From NCBI GenBank assembly GCA_964187785.1, contig OZ076409.1, forward strand, positions 83,268,001 through 83,332,000: a DNA stretch of 64,000 bases. Reading direction: 5' to 3'. Shown here piece by piece: positions 1-13,795 of this stretch. This DNA comes from Amphiscolops sp. MND2022 (taxonomy: Eukaryota). Every line of letters starts with the position of its first letter. Positions within the stretch are counted from its first letter, which is position 1. The position numbers and the translations under genes were made by a program. Below the pieces are notes generated by a model. The model ran no database searches. It worked only from the letters and a program-made list of their open reading frames with translations, and was not told where the DNA came from.

Positions 1-1484
1 AACTATAACAATTGGGAAAAAATTTCTATTTTTATCATTTTTGGGTTTTTTTGGGTCATTCTGGGGTCTTTGGTGTCAACCAAAAAGTCAAAAAATATCT
101 ACACATACATATCGCAAAATTCGTAACTTGGCAAAAAAGTGCAGCTGATTTCAATATATACCAGAAAATAGAAGAATCTTTCGATAAAGACGAAATGTAT
201 AGACTCCCTGATTTCTCCTTGAATGATGTGAAAAACAGAGTTACAACAAGTACTCAGAGTCACATGAAATAGAACATAAGAAAGTCAAAATCGAGCAATT
301 ATTCTCTGACATGAACAGACAAATAGGCGAAATAACTAGCCTAGTAAGGACTTTGACCAAAAGGATTGCCTCTAATGGTAGAGAAGGGAACGAAGTAAAT
401 ACATTTAACAACTACATCCGGTTTCTATTATCTCCGGTACACCCGGTACACTTATCTCCACAAAAGTTTACTGGACAACGAATTTCATCTTGCTGAACGT
501 TTTCATCACTTTTTCCAGGAACTCCAAAGCAAATTTTACAAAAGTTGCATAAAAGAGTAAATCTGAGATTTTCGGAGTTTTTGTCGAATTGAGGCATTCA
601 TTCATTGAAAACTGCTTTTATTTGTTCAGAACAGCATCCTGGACAACGAATTCTTTTTTGGAAAGTGTTATGTTCTAAATCACGAAGAGTATCGGATATC
701 GGAAATTAGACAAAAATTGCTCAAAATTTTTTTTAAATCAGAAGTTTTTTGGATGTTTGTTAATTTCTGTCTGAATTTTTCCAGCAAAAAACTGCCTGTA
801 TTTTTACAAAGAAGCCTCCTGGACAACGTAATTCTCCTTTCTGAACATTTACAACAATCTAAGGCACTTGAAAAGTTGACTAAATTTGCTTGAAAACGTA
901 AAAATTAGGATTTCTTAGTGTTTTTGTAAATGTCGGTGAACGTTTTTTAGGAGCCTGCATTTATTTCTTCAGAAACATCTCGTGGAAAACGAATTTTTTC
1001 CCCGTTAGACGTTTTCAACATTCTAGGCAACGAAGACTATCGACAATTTTATTAAAAATGCATTACAACTATAACAATTGGAAAGAAATTTCTATTTTTA
1101 TCATTTTTGGTTTTTTTTGGTCATTCTGGGGTCTTTGGTGTCAACCAAAAAGTCAAAAAATATCTACACATACATATTGCAAATTTCGTAACTTGGCAAA
1201 AAAGTGCGGCTGATTTCAATTTATACAAAAAATAGAGGAATCTTTCGATAACGACGAAATGTATAGACTCCCTGATTTCTCCTTGAATGATGTGGAAATT
1301 AGAGTTACAACAAATACTCAGAGTCACATGAAATAGAACATAAGAAAGTCAAAATCGGCAATTATTCTCTGACATGAACAGACAAATAGGCGAAATAACT
1401 AGCCTAGTAAGGACTTTGACCGAAAGGATTGCCTCTAATAGTAGAGAAGGGAACGAAGTAAATACATTTAACAACTACACCCGG
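1..1484 (+). repeat. Direct duplication: 1-421 is repeated at 1067-1484 (period ~1066 bp)
   Basis: AACTATAACAATTGG... through ...ACAACTACAYCCGG occurs at 1-421 and 1067-1484 with only scattered substitutions. Confidence 0.92.
465..1060. repeat. Diverged satellite-like tandem array, unit ~165-180 bp
   Basis: Motif CTGGACAACG(A/T)ATT, or a variant, recurs at ~471, ~639, ~819 and ~983 with similar flanks (AAATTG..., GATTT...GTTTTTG). Confidence 0.65.
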
Positions 1485-1498
1485 TAGTCGTTCCGACA
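1235..1498 (+). mobile_element. Gypsy LTR 3'-end remnant carrying a degenerate gag N-terminal frame (second copy at ~175-421)
   Basis: Translates to ...DMNRQIGEITSLVRTLTERIASNSREGNEV... and ends ...CGTTCCGACA, the same -GACA end that precedes the PBS-like TGG in the large element at 53270. Confidence 0.45.
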
Positions 1499-4400
1499 CC
1501 GAGTCTCAATGCCGCGTCTCCTAATCTTCAATTTTAACCCATTCGAGACAGTGAAGCGATACTTGGCACTGAATTACATTACTTTGGCTAACTGGATTGT
1601 AATTTTCAGCAATGAAATTATTCAACTGGCGCGATAAAGTGGTTTAATTAACATTAGAGGGCTAAATACAGCTTATATCCAATATGATGCAGCAGCATTG
1701 TAAGTAAATTTCAGTTCAATCACAAAAAGAGAAATGAAAAAATCTGGAATTCGACCTGACTCGACTGAAATTCCAATAAGCAAAACAAGCGAACGGCTCC
1801 TACATTTTCTGATCTAGTGTGCCTTGTTGAACAAACATCGTTGTGTTTTAGGTAAAAACCGAAAATCTCATTGGATTGTTGGAATTGATATAGCAAGTTT
1901 AAGTTGTAAATTTTGCTTCTCACCCGTCAATGAAAACGGGAGATTTGAATGAGAAAGAAAGCGGATTGAGAATCATATCTCAAGTTGAATTACAGATTCT
2001 CGGAAATCTCACACGACTGAAAGTCTGAATCTTAAAGAAGCGTGCTTATTCTTAAAGAATCTTAAAGAAGGATTTTATTGACTTGAGCGTATGTATTGTT
2101 TCAAAATTTTTTAACGGTAAAACAAAGGCTGACAAAAATTACCCGTCAATTGAAAATTAGTTTTGAATTGATTGTAGAAGAAATTTCCCCAATGAAAATC
2201 TGTTAAAACGCTTGAGATAACTTTTTTAAGAAAAAGAAGAAATGAGAAAAATTGAAACAAGTGTTCAAGTGTTCTGAGATGGAGAAAACTCATCAGCAAC
2301 TTGTCCCTTGCAACAAACAATTTTCGACTCAGACTCCGAAATTATCTGCATATCAGCATTCCTGCATTAAAAATAACCTCGCAGGAATCATTTGCTTTTG
2401 CTAGATAGGGTAAACAGATTGTCTCACCTCACCACAAAGATTGGATAATGACTCTGCCATTGGTGTATGGGGCTCACTTTTTTCATATGTAAATTTCCTC
2501 GAAGAATAAATTTCATGGTCTGCTTGACATAAGAAAAGAATGGTTCGATAACATTTGAGCAGAATGCATTGACGTTTATCTGCGTTGCAGAGAAGTTCAA
2601 TTATCCTGATCGATCCAGTGTTCCAGTCGATTGCGCTGGAAACCAGAAATGTTTAAATCAACACGCAGTGAAGACTCAATCAAATCAAGCAATTGTCGCT
2701 AGTGCAGTCATTGATTGGAGTAATGAGAAAATGCAATTATGTTTCCCCAAAAATCACATGCCTTTTGTCAGGTCAATGTTGACGTCATTTTGCTACAAGC
2801 GCATTACACTAAGAGCTGTTTTTTTGTTGACGAACTTTGAAATCAGAAATTTAATAAATGTAACATGAGGGTCAATAGGAAAACCAGTGGTGTGAATCTT
2901 ATTGCTTTTTCCCATGGGTGCAGTGAGCTAATTCAAACGTTCCCGTGGGAACAGTTTCTTGTTCCATGCGACGCCTTCGTATAAAAAGAGGCCGAGCTTT
3001 TCAGTACGCTCAATAGAAACGCAACTCCTTTGTCACACATTGACTTTGTTCGAGCGATTCAACATTGTAATTGGATAGAAGTGCGGAAAACACAACAGAA
3101 AAATGGTAGGAAAAACAGTTTGCAGAGCTTCTGAAAGGGCGTGGAATTGATGCTGACAAATAGAAATTTTCCCATTCATCGACCTAATCGCCTGTTTAAA
3201 TCGTTTTGCAAGTCTAAACTGAAATTTTAACCGAATAAGAAACGCTGTTGAAAAGCTTTTCTCAATTGAACTTCCGATCCATTAAATAACCTGAAAACGG
3301 AATGTCTTCAAAGGTCACGGTACGTCTTCTCAATGCAAAAACGTCAATTGATGGCTGTCTGACAGGAAAAGAGCGATTATTTAGTTGAGAAAGGCTTGAA
3401 AGTATTTCCGTCTATCGTGTTTCTCCTATTTTAAAACATGCTTCGAATTTAACCCACCCCCTCAATATACATAAATCGCTCTAATTTGAGACACCCCCGA
3501 AGATAAGGCGTATTCTTAAACAACCAGAGAATCCATGACATGTGAAATATGAGTTAATTAGCTTTAAAACTAAAGTCAAAAACCAAAAAATTATATGCAG
3601 TGTTCAGTAGAGAGGCCAAGGAAATTTGAGTTTTGAATCGGAAATTTTTTGAAGGAAATCTAACTTTTCGAACAAATTACCACAATGTCTTATTCAAGAC
3701 AATTTCTGAATACAAGACGTAATTTGACACATCGAGCGAAATTTAAGGCATGCCCAATAACGACAGACACACTGTAGTAAAACGAAACAGGATCTATCGC
3801 CCACATTCTAACGCTCAAGAACTAATGAATAGACGTGCTCAGTGGCAAGTTTTGCAAAAAAGTATAACTATGAAAAATTATAAAATGGATGGTAGAACAA
3901 GATCTGAAAATGACGTAACAACGTTTCCTTTTTCAAGTCTTTTAGAAGCGCTGCCGGGACCTATAGAAGTGATACAAAAAAGACAACAGAGACGTTATCC
4001 ATTTTTTTTTCAAAGAAGTCACAGGGGTGTTCCGGTTGCAAAGGCACTGACTGCGTGCAATGAAAGCGTTCAAAAATTCTTATAGCATCAAAAAATGTAA
4101 GCATAAAACTGAAAATAGATGGCAAAAGTTCAAAAACAGCTTGGAAAACAAAGCTGAGAATTTTAAAACGACAATTAAAGTTTTTGGTGGCTGTCCAGAT
4201 TTCAAACCATTTACCCGCTTCATTCGTACTGTTGGCGCCAAAAAAGTTGATGATTTCCAAAAAATGACTGCATGCGTCGTGCGAACCGACAGCCAGAATC
4301 GATCAACTGTATGTGAGGATGCAGCCATATAAGTGCTACACAAAACATAACCAAATTTTAAAGGTCATGACCATTAAAAGTTGAATTCACAAAAAAGGTG

Positions 4401-5522
4401 CAAAATGATAATTTTTAGAAGCTTTTTTCAAATCATTAGCGATAACTCTGAAACCCAGAAAAAAAAAGTACGGCCCTAATTTTAGCCCCTCTAACCATTG
4501 GTGATGTTTGTTTTGAAATCTGAAACAAACAATTCAAGTTACCGTGGACAGCGTGACCCTGTCTTTTAGTAATCAAATGACCTTGAACACTATATTTTTG
4601 TCTGTGAAGACATGTACCCATAATATGCTACCTTCCTAAACCTCCGACCCTTCCGACAATTAGTAGTTAAATGCCACACCCTGTGAACGTAGTGTTTCAC
4701 ATCACACCACGTATAAACATAGGGAATCGTCGTAAGTTTGACGTTTAAAAATTTTTATGACATTTCTAAGGTGCTTACGAATATTAAGTAACCCCTTAGA
4801 ATAGAGTTCTTGGCAAAATTTGAAAAGCAAATGAGAGCTTCGAGTTTCGCGAAATACTGCGAAACATAAACACTAATTGGAGATATATCTAATTATTCTG
4901 CTATATTTCTTCACAAATTTAGCGTCTTCCAATTTTTTGTTTTGTTTTATGGAAGATATGCTGTTCTTTTTATTCAAAACCTTTTGGTGAATGAACGACG
5001 ATGATCACACTGTTGGTTGATATTATTGTATTTAATTGATAACTAAAAATATCAAAAATGTACAGATTTTACAATATTTTTGGCGGTAATTTTGAGTTTT
5101 GTGGCGTGATTCTACATTTCCCCCGAATGGCAAGTATAACATAACTTACCCCCTTCGCGTTTATCCTGTTTTTTGACAGATTTGCTGCAGCACGCTTGGA
5201 ATAGACGCTAGAATTCAGATTGTTGATAACTGGAGTTCATTTCTCAGAGCCAAACAATGAAGGTAGATTTTATTCAAGTTGGGACTATAATCGCAGTACT
5301 GCCTGTTCGAAGCAGCAATTGAAAATTGAGGAAGTCTCATCCTCGAGACACCTTGACTTGCTTTTCTTGAAAAGATATCGTGCCATTTTATTTTGTTCTC
5401 TGTTTCATTACTGGGAAGCGGCAGGGGACCAAGTACCGGGACAAGCTTGAAACGCCTAGCATATAACTTTAAGTCAGCTGTCACACGTACGAAGGTCAAA
5501 ATTCCTTGTAAGGTTAAATAAG

Positions 5523-6123
5523 AACAAGCCTGGACCGGCCCAAGTCGGCGCCATATCCAAGGCTCAAAAATAGCAAAAAGACTTCCAAGTTTCAATTTAC
5601 AGTACTCGAAAATCGAGAACCCAAAAAATGAACCGAGTGGCGCGCTGCGGCCCGCTAGCGCGAGCCCCTGGCGCGCTAAAAGGGGGACACTTCCGGAATT
5701 CTCAACATTTTTGTCGCAGTTGAAGAGGAGACCCTTTGGAGAAAAAAACAAATTTTCGGAAAAAAGTCTCGCAGTGCCGAAAAAAATTGAAAGGGGGGAC
5801 CCTTTGGGATTTTTCAACATCCATTCTGTCGCAAAACAGCGAACAATTTGAAGGGGGACCCTTTGGGGAAAAATTTCCGAAAAAAAAGTCTCGCAGTGCC
5901 GAAAAAAATTAAAAGGGGGAACCTTTGGTCTCGCCGGGTATGGTATGTTACGCGGGAAAACAGGAAAAACTTTTTTGGTTCTGTTCGCTAGGCCAAATGG
6001 TGCAATTTGGTGCAATAATATTTTGAAGAATTTTTTAGAACTATTTTGGTCAGTTCGTGTGGATTGAAAAAAGAAAAAAAGAGTCACTATTTTAGTCGCG
6101 TTTCACTTCATGAAGCGCCGACT
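5523..6123 (+). mobile_element. Non-autonomous Helentron-type element (HINE/DINE-1-like), copy 1
   Basis: Starts AACAAG. Subterminal inverted repeats AGTCGGCGC (5543-5551) and GCGCCGACT (6115-6123). Internal repeated GGGGACCCTTT / AAAAAAGTCTCGCAGTGCCGAAAAAA blocks. Same ends at 6627, 19813 and 50323. Confidence 0.65.
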
Positions 6124-6626
6124 GCAAATCATTCTGTCTACTTTGGTTCCTAATAAAACTAATTGCCATAGCATCACCCAGAGAAATTTACCAGCTCAAA
6201 ATTGCAACAGAAAAAGACATGGGAAAAACACATTTTACCGTGTTGTTATTGGAGCCATAAAATATGTCGAAGAAATGCTAGCAGTTAGCAAATTGACAGA
6301 TCTTGAGTTTCTGAACAGGGTTTTTTTAGTTGATGGTAGCCTCATTTACCGACATGAATAATATATAATTCAGGCGAGAGGGAGAAAAACGTAATTGAGA
6401 TATTAATGCGTGAGGAAGACGACGAACGGAGGAGAGTTCGATCCATGTGGCAGTTGCAGTGTTTGCAATTCATTATTGTCAAAATTGCGGAAATAGTATT
6501 TCAACAAGGTATGCTTTGCGAATTGATTGCGAAGCCCCATTAGAGCTTAGGCGTTAAGTACTATTCAGTTTTGAAATAGGGATTAGATCATAATAACGGC
6601 TCCCAAACACGGTAAATTTAAAACTG

Positions 6627-7190
6627 AACAAGACGGGAACGTCTAAAGTCGGCGCTATATCTAAGGCTCAAACAGCGCAGAGTTTTTGAAACTGTAAAAG
6701 AGGGACCCTTCGGGCTTTTTGAAAATCAAGTTTGTTTCAAAATATCAAAAAATTGAAGGGGGACCTTTTGAAGACGAAAAAATTTCGATATATATTTTTT
6801 GAAATTTTCGAGAAAAAAATGAAAAATGAGAATTTTGAACAGTCTCATAGTGCCGAAATACTAAAAAAAGGGGGAGACACTTTGGGCTTTTGGCACTTTA
6901 GTTTGCTACAAAATATCAAAAAAGCTTGAAGGTGGGACCCTTTGAAGGCAAAAAAATTCAAAAAAAAGTCGCACAGTGCCAAAAAAAATCGAAAGAGGGG
7001 ACCCTTCAGTCTCGTCCGCTTTCGCAAGTGCTCGAAAAAGTTTCTGGCTAAAGCAAGGACTCGAACCCGTGACCGCTGGGTTCACCGTAAACCGAGTAAA
7101 GTCTGTACTAAAAAGGCACATACACGATGAGGTCTGTGGTCTGACGAAAAAAACTAGCCACTGTAATACTAGAAAAGCGCCGACTAAAAA
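6627..7190 (+). mobile_element. HINE-like element, copy 2
   Basis: AACAAG...AGTCGGCGCTATATCTAAGGCTCAA start; ends GCGCCGACTAAAAA; same internal GGGACCCTT/GTCTCAYAGTGCC repeats as copy 1. Confidence 0.65.
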
Positions 7191-10100
7191 TAAACAGATT
7201 CTGGTCTCGAAAACATGAATGTTACTGTTTTGACTGCTTATAAATCAAACATCTCCACAGTGTCTTGAAAATAAATGTTGAGAAACGAAACAACCTCAGC
7301 TAGTTTGATTTTAAACGTAATTTCCAAAGAAAATTCCTAGAGCAAGAAAGGAAAAATCGAAATCATTTTCGGTCCGAACTTTGTTTTGGGTTAACTTTTC
7401 AAAACACGGCATCGTTTTGGTTGTTTGAATGTTATAATTATGTAAAAATATGTAAAGTGCACACAAAAAACAATGGCCTTTACTGTGTACAAATTGACCC
7501 GCGTGTAGTTGAAAGTTAGAGCATACCTGTATATGGTGAATAATGTAAACCCGGTGCATTTATAATTAGCAGATCTCTTTTAAATGCTAATGCAGATGTA
7601 ACAATCAATTTTATTCACTTAGGTACCAATCAATATATTCAGGTGGGTTTTGCAGGTAGATTCTCATGTCTTCTTTTTTTCATTCGCCGATCATACAACA
7701 AAAATGGGAAGTAAGTTGACGCAACTAAATATTCATGTGACATAAATAATTGTCAGTGCTGCATTTATGTTTTGTTCTGCTTATTTTTTACATTTTCCCG
7801 TCATGACATTTTCCCTGCAGGCGTGCGCTGGAAGAAAATGATATAAAGAAGCATGAACAAAACACCTGTACAAATTCCTTCATCCCGCTTCCCAAGTTTT
7901 GTTTCCAGATAGTAGTTGAGACGTCGTATGAAAGGGAATTGTGTGGACAATCAGTGCAATTCCCAGAAGAAGAATTCTATGGAAAGTGTCAGGAACATGC
8001 GCATACGGCAGACATATAGCGCAATTTTGTTTTCCATGTCGCAGACTTCTCGAGTAGGTAGCTGCCTGACCTGCTTAAAGGAAAGGCCGCAAAAGTGCAA
8101 TTATTTTTTTATTTGGATGGCGTAACTGTCTACTTTTTCTTCCGACTGGGTTTACCCCAGAATTACTGATCAGATATTTTCAACAAAAGGTAATTATTCC
8201 GAAATATTATTACGTTTGTTCCCCATTCAAAATAGTGCCAACTAAGACCAAACGAAGAATAATGTTTTTTCTTGAACAATGCAATGTCATTATAAATTAA
8301 CAAAGATCAATATCTATTGCATTTATGACATCGTACTTTTTATTTTTAAGCTATTTTTCAATCAGGCAAAAATTGACGTAGCCTTTCCCACAATAAAATC
8401 TTCGGAAGTATCCGAGATTTTGTTCTGAGATAACTTCACCGCATCGCTTCATAACACAGATGCATAAAACTTTACCAAAAAAAGGTCGATGAATAGACGA
8501 TCCATTAGCTGCAGATTTTAAAAATTTGATAAAATAGATCTTTTTATTCCACTTACATTTGAATTATTCATCTCCATTATGTACCAACAAGAGTTGGACG
8601 ATTTACGTTTGATGAATGGATACATTAAAAAATTCCATTGTACAATTCAATAAAGACATTCATACCTTGAGGAGTTGAACATATTCGTTGCAAAAGATAA
8701 TAATTGAAGAAAATTCAATGCGTTGTCTGGTACTGAGAAAGTGCCTCGTGACACCGTGATTGTTGGCATCATACTTTTGATGTCTTTACGGGTCACATCT
8801 GTAATCCCCCTCTAGGCTAATGTCATTTCTCAGTTTTTTAACAAAAGAAAACTACTTTTGTAGTATAAAATCAATGTTTGAATGTAATAAACAAAAATAA
8901 TGGATGGGAACAACTGAAAAACTGTCCCAGGAATTATATGAACATTCACGAAAGTGAATGCTCGAAAGAACGCATTGTTCATTCTAAAAACATTCTAAAG
9001 AAGAAACGAAAGGAGAGACCGCATGAAACATCAGCCTGTTTTAGATTGTGAACCAATTGGAAATTATTTGTAGAATGCCCATATTTTCGAATAGTTGATT
9101 GGACTTCAAATCCTCTTCATATACCCCTTCAAAAATAAACTAATTGAAGTTAATTGACAGGCATTAGTTTGAACTAAATGACACGTCGTGTTTTGGTACA
9201 TATAAACTGCACACGAACCATGAGCCGATCAAACGCTGCTGCCTCCAAGAAATTTTTACCAATCGTGTATACTGAAAAAGGTTTTAGTGTGGAAATTCAC
9301 AAAGGTAAAGCAACTGATAATTAGACTATTTGTCTACCTGAGGAAGGTAATGATAAGAATCATATATTGTTGGTATTAAATAGGAGGCTCAACAAGAAAC
9401 TACGTGTGTGGTGATACAGTGATGAATGACACAACCATGCCCCAAATACTGCTCTTAATGATCTCACAAAATTAGAGTAGCAAACAACGACCTCAACTAG
9501 GATGCCGCAGAGCACTATCGGTTCTACTTTTCTGCATCTGCCAGACAGTGCAGAGGTGCAACGTCGAAAAATACCTTCTACAATAAATCTCTCCGCATCA
9601 AAAGTCCACACTATTGCAACTAATGCAGAACCCCCCTCCATCCATGTGACAGAATAATTTCGAAGTCCCATGGTTTGCCGGATCGTGCGGAATGTTCGGA
9701 AGGGTATCACTCAGATGTTGCAGTGGCACACAAATGGTTGCGAATGGTAACACAATTCAATTAACAGAGTCAGGTTTTGCAAACACCCGCCAATATACAA
9801 CTTCCTGAACGGAGGAAAACGTTTTTAGTATCATGGACTAAATGTTTGAGCTACAAATCAGGAAGGGGACAGGCAAAAAGAGGAAAAGCCACAATTGCTA
9901 CCTCAGAACAAAACGACAAAGGTGACCGCGAAAATAACTGTGAAGCTGAACCTTTTGTAGCCATTCCTTCTTGTTTTGATATGTATCTTCACATTTTTAT
10001 TTATCTGCAAAATTTTATAGTTTCATTTCGTGATTCAGTAATTGTTTAATAAATTTCGATTTCTTCCGTAAAAATGAGTTGTGAGAGCGCATAAATTGCT

Positions 10101-10224
10101 ATCTTTTTTGGATCAAATTCAAGGATTTTCCTCTTTCTCCCCACCCCAGCCTGACAACTAGAGCCCCGGAAACAGGATTTTTGGGGACACTAGCCATCCA
10201 ATTACAGTAAATTTTTGGAAAAAG

Positions 10225-10290
10225 TGCCAACGTCGGGTTCGAACTCGAACGTGGCACTTATCGGCGTAGACATTACCACTAGCTCAAATT
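10225..10290 (-). pseudogene. tRNA-derived fragment / SINE-head-like sequence
   Basis: Minus strand has A-box-like GAGCTAGTGGTAA and B-box-like GTTCGAACCC at tRNA spacing; no convincing cloverleaf. Confidence 0.4.
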
Positions 10291-12749
10291 CAATAACCTT
10301 TGAATTTTTAGTGACACACGTTTTACCGACTTAAGTTATACACACTGCTTTTCTAATAGTTGTTCACTGTGCATAGGATTCTCCGGTAGCTTTTCTTGGA
10401 TTTTGATTCCGAATTGTCGCGATCCAGTGCATGTTTTGCAATCAATGCAGTTGAAAATTTTGTTTCCTGGTGCTTAGAGTTGTAGACTAATATTCTTTCA
10501 CTAAAGTAAGCAACACTGTCAATTGAAAGTGTTTTTAATGTGTCCTATAAGACGCTTAATTCTGTATTGTTATTTCTCAATGGCTGAGTCAATTATCTGC
10601 TTGACGGAGGGTGGTTTACTGGGTTTTCAACTAACTATCAGTTGTTGTAATTTCGGCAACTCATAATTCGACTGGTTTGCAGCTTTTCAAATGTGACAAG
10701 TTGTTTTCGACGGGTCGTTTTTGGTAAGTTTTTTTTTCGACGCGTTTTCCTAGAATTATGACGAAACATCTGAGAGTGTAATACTGCTCGCACCCGACCC
10801 AAACTTGTATTTTAAAGTCCATTTTTATAACATGCTCATATACAAGTTCTAATGTTGAAGCCAAAATGTTTGTTTCGCAATCAGAACTAAAGGAAACCTT
10901 CCACTAACCAGATATGACATACCTGAACGGTGTTTCTCGGCTTGTTCAAACTGATCATAGCGACAACTCAAATGATATAACGCCTCTTAATCAGGCAAAA
11001 ACTTTTATCAGTTTAAAAACACGATGAGTTATATCAAGCGGCAGCTCATATTAGGCTCGTCAATAGGTTACAAATATCCAAATAATACTTCAAAAATATT
11101 TAATCAGTATTTGGCATTGCATCATTTGTTGCAGAGAACTGATTTTTCATTCAAAAAATTTTTAGGGATCAGTCTTTTTTCAGTTTTTGAAACATTAGTT
11201 CGAAACTGGGTATGGAATTAAGAATTATTTTTCGCTTCTTATGCATTATTTGAAATTGGACTCACTTTAAAAATCTGCTGAACATAAATTGGATCGCATA
11301 CGTCCGGAATGAAGATTGAAAAGCCAGGAACAACTTATGCAGTCCCCTCACTAACACCCACTGTGGTCATCGGTGCTATAATTGTTTTTTGCAAAATCAA
11401 AAATTTGGTGTAAGTCAAAGAACACCAGTTGGAAACGAGCTCCCGTTGAAATTTCACTTTGATAATTCTATGGTAATTGGAACAACTGAAAGACGAAAGC
11501 TAAAACATATAAAAGTTTCCTAGAAAAATAGTTTATTTTGCTGGGACATATAAACGTTTTATAGACACGCAAATATGAAAATGGGAAGCACCCGTTGGAT
11601 AAAAGTTGTTAAATGCAACGTCTTGTTGTGGTGACAAACGGATTCTAGAGAGAAAGAATTGCATTCGCACTCGACGTGAATGGTAAGTTGAAAAAATGTG
11701 TTTTCTTTGTGGCAAGCGCATTCAAAATTCATCTGCGGAAAATTGAACAACTTTGCAAATTGGAACAAAATATGTTTTTTCTAAAGACATTCGACAGTAG
11801 TCTCTTCTGGGAATAAAGACACTCTCCATGTGTTTCTTTGTCGTCTGTTTCTCTAGTCGACCTTGAGAATTTATGATGGAAATTGCGAGACTGGAGCGTG
11901 GATTAAATACAGAGCTTAGGCTTTTAAAAAATTTTCAAGGACTAATCTACATATGGAATTTTACTACATATGGAATTTTACTCCAAGCTCCAAAAAGGAT
12001 CCACCGGAAAGCTCTAAACAAATCCAGACATGAAACTCTATGGTTGCGTGCAACACTTCCGTAGCATTTCCATACATGCAGCTGAACTTATACGTAGGCA
12101 TAGTGTCATATGATTCCCCACATAAAAACGCATGATTTGATACATTAAAAAAATCAGAAATACACTGATAACAAGATGTTGCGGCAATTATGGTTCCGTT
12201 GTTGTATGATGTACAAAACAGTTGCAATTTTTAAGGGTGCCAAATAGAGGTGAACATAGTGATGCCCTGGTTACCATTGAAATGTTTCAGTTCTCATTCA
12301 CACAATTCATGTTTGGGAACCCCAGTCGAACTGCCATACATTTCTTGCAAGAATCTTGCAGAAGTGGAACATATCATACATTGTCTTCAAGAACCCTTAA
12401 GTCAGTTTTAAATACCATCGTTCACACGGAAATGTACCTGACAACTACAGTATCTACTTTTTGCCTCCGGTCTTTTGTTCCCGGGCGAAACCGCTCTGAG
12501 TTCTCTTTTAAAGAGTTTTCGCTGAAAACCTGAAGAGCACCCAAAGAGGCCCAATAGTCCCGGTTTTTCATGCTTGTTAACTCGTTGAACCGTTGCAGTA
12601 ACCATCCCAAATAACATGCAATCTGTCGCAAAATAACTCTTAGGTAACCGCTAAAAATAAACTTTTTAAAATTAACGACGCGATGGGAATGCCCTTCAAA
12701 TAAATTCATTGTTGAGTTTCTGGTTCACACTAGAACTGATTTTGAGCTT

Positions 12750-12871
12750 TTTGGATTTCACATTCTGATGTAAACTTTTCAACTTCAAAGTACCGGTGTT
12801 GCTGAATTGCTCAATTGAGCAACATCGGTACTTTGAAGTTGCAAGGTTTATATAGGAATGTGAATTCCAAA
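12750..12871. repeat. Foldback inverted repeat (hairpin)
   Basis: AACTTCAAAGTACCGGTGTTGCT (12781-) pairs with AGCAACATCGGTACTTTGAAGTT (-12840); imperfect arms extend outward (TTTGGATTTCACATT / AATGTGAATTCCAAA). Confidence 0.85.
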
Positions 12872-13540
12872 GTGCTTACGATTCAGTTTTGAACAAATAT
12901 CTTTCTATTCGAAGGGAACATTAATTACATGAGCGAAAACTGAACGACATTCAAAGAACTTAATATTTTTTCCACAAACTTTTTGGCACGTTCTAATGTT
13001 TCCTTGCTTTGGAACGTTCATTGGGAAGGGAAAAAAGGGATTTCCACACCGACACAAAAAACTGTTCCACATGCTTTTTAGTAGAGAATTTGGATCTTTC
13101 TTGTTAAAATGATTCCTTACAAAAAAAAACGAGCAATTCAGAACTCGAACTTAGCAGACCATTCCAAAAAGAAAAAACAATCATTTTCTTCACAAGATTT
13201 GTATTTCTTCACAAGATAGGTGATTAATAAAGCTACTTTGCTTTCCAATTTTGACAGTTTGGTCAAAACTACCTGACGCGAAGTTCAGAAATGAAATGAA
13301 AACATATGTAGCAGTATCGTTGGGAGATAAACACGAAGTTTGTAATAAAAACAAGTCTCAAAATAACCTAAAAAGTTGACAATTTGAACTTTTGTCTGTT
13401 CCCAATCAATTTTCAGAAACAAATTTCACTTTTGTTTATGTCAAAAAAGAGTGAAATTAGGCATACGTTTCAAACTGAGCCCTTATTCCGAATTCTCTAT
13501 GATGGGTCCGCATTTCCTTTTTTTTCAAAAAGGATGACAC

Positions 13541-13795
13541 GACTCTGGACTACTATCCAGTAAAAATGTATTGTCGAGGGATGGTGAACATGGACTGTCC
13601 TTGATAGAATTCTAGATAGGGCTCATCTAAACTCCAGATTCTAATCAGTAAGCTACTATTATCTCCGGAACAATTCGAGGTACAGTCATGGTGGGAAAAA
13701 ACAACATCTGAACCTCAGGAGTTTCCTTGTTGAATCATATTGACCACGCTAAAACCGCTAAATGTGCAGCTTTTGACAAAAAATTTTCTTTGATA
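13541..13795 (+). repeat. Diverged dispersed repeat, paralogous to 17751-18010
   Basis: Shared blocks GACTCTGRACTACYWTCCAGTA, TTCTAATCAG, CGGAACARTTCGAGGTACAGTCATG and TTGACAAAAA in the same order. Confidence 0.75.

Noticed and set aside
5215..6087. 290-aa ORF as a gene
   Set aside because: It runs antisense through an A-tract-rich HINE, giving a Phe-rich low-complexity translation with no domain.
1500..12700. Short ORFs (60-116 aa) as genes
   Set aside because: No recognisable domains or consistent exon chain; many begin at TTG/GTG; probably decayed repeats or intergenic DNA.
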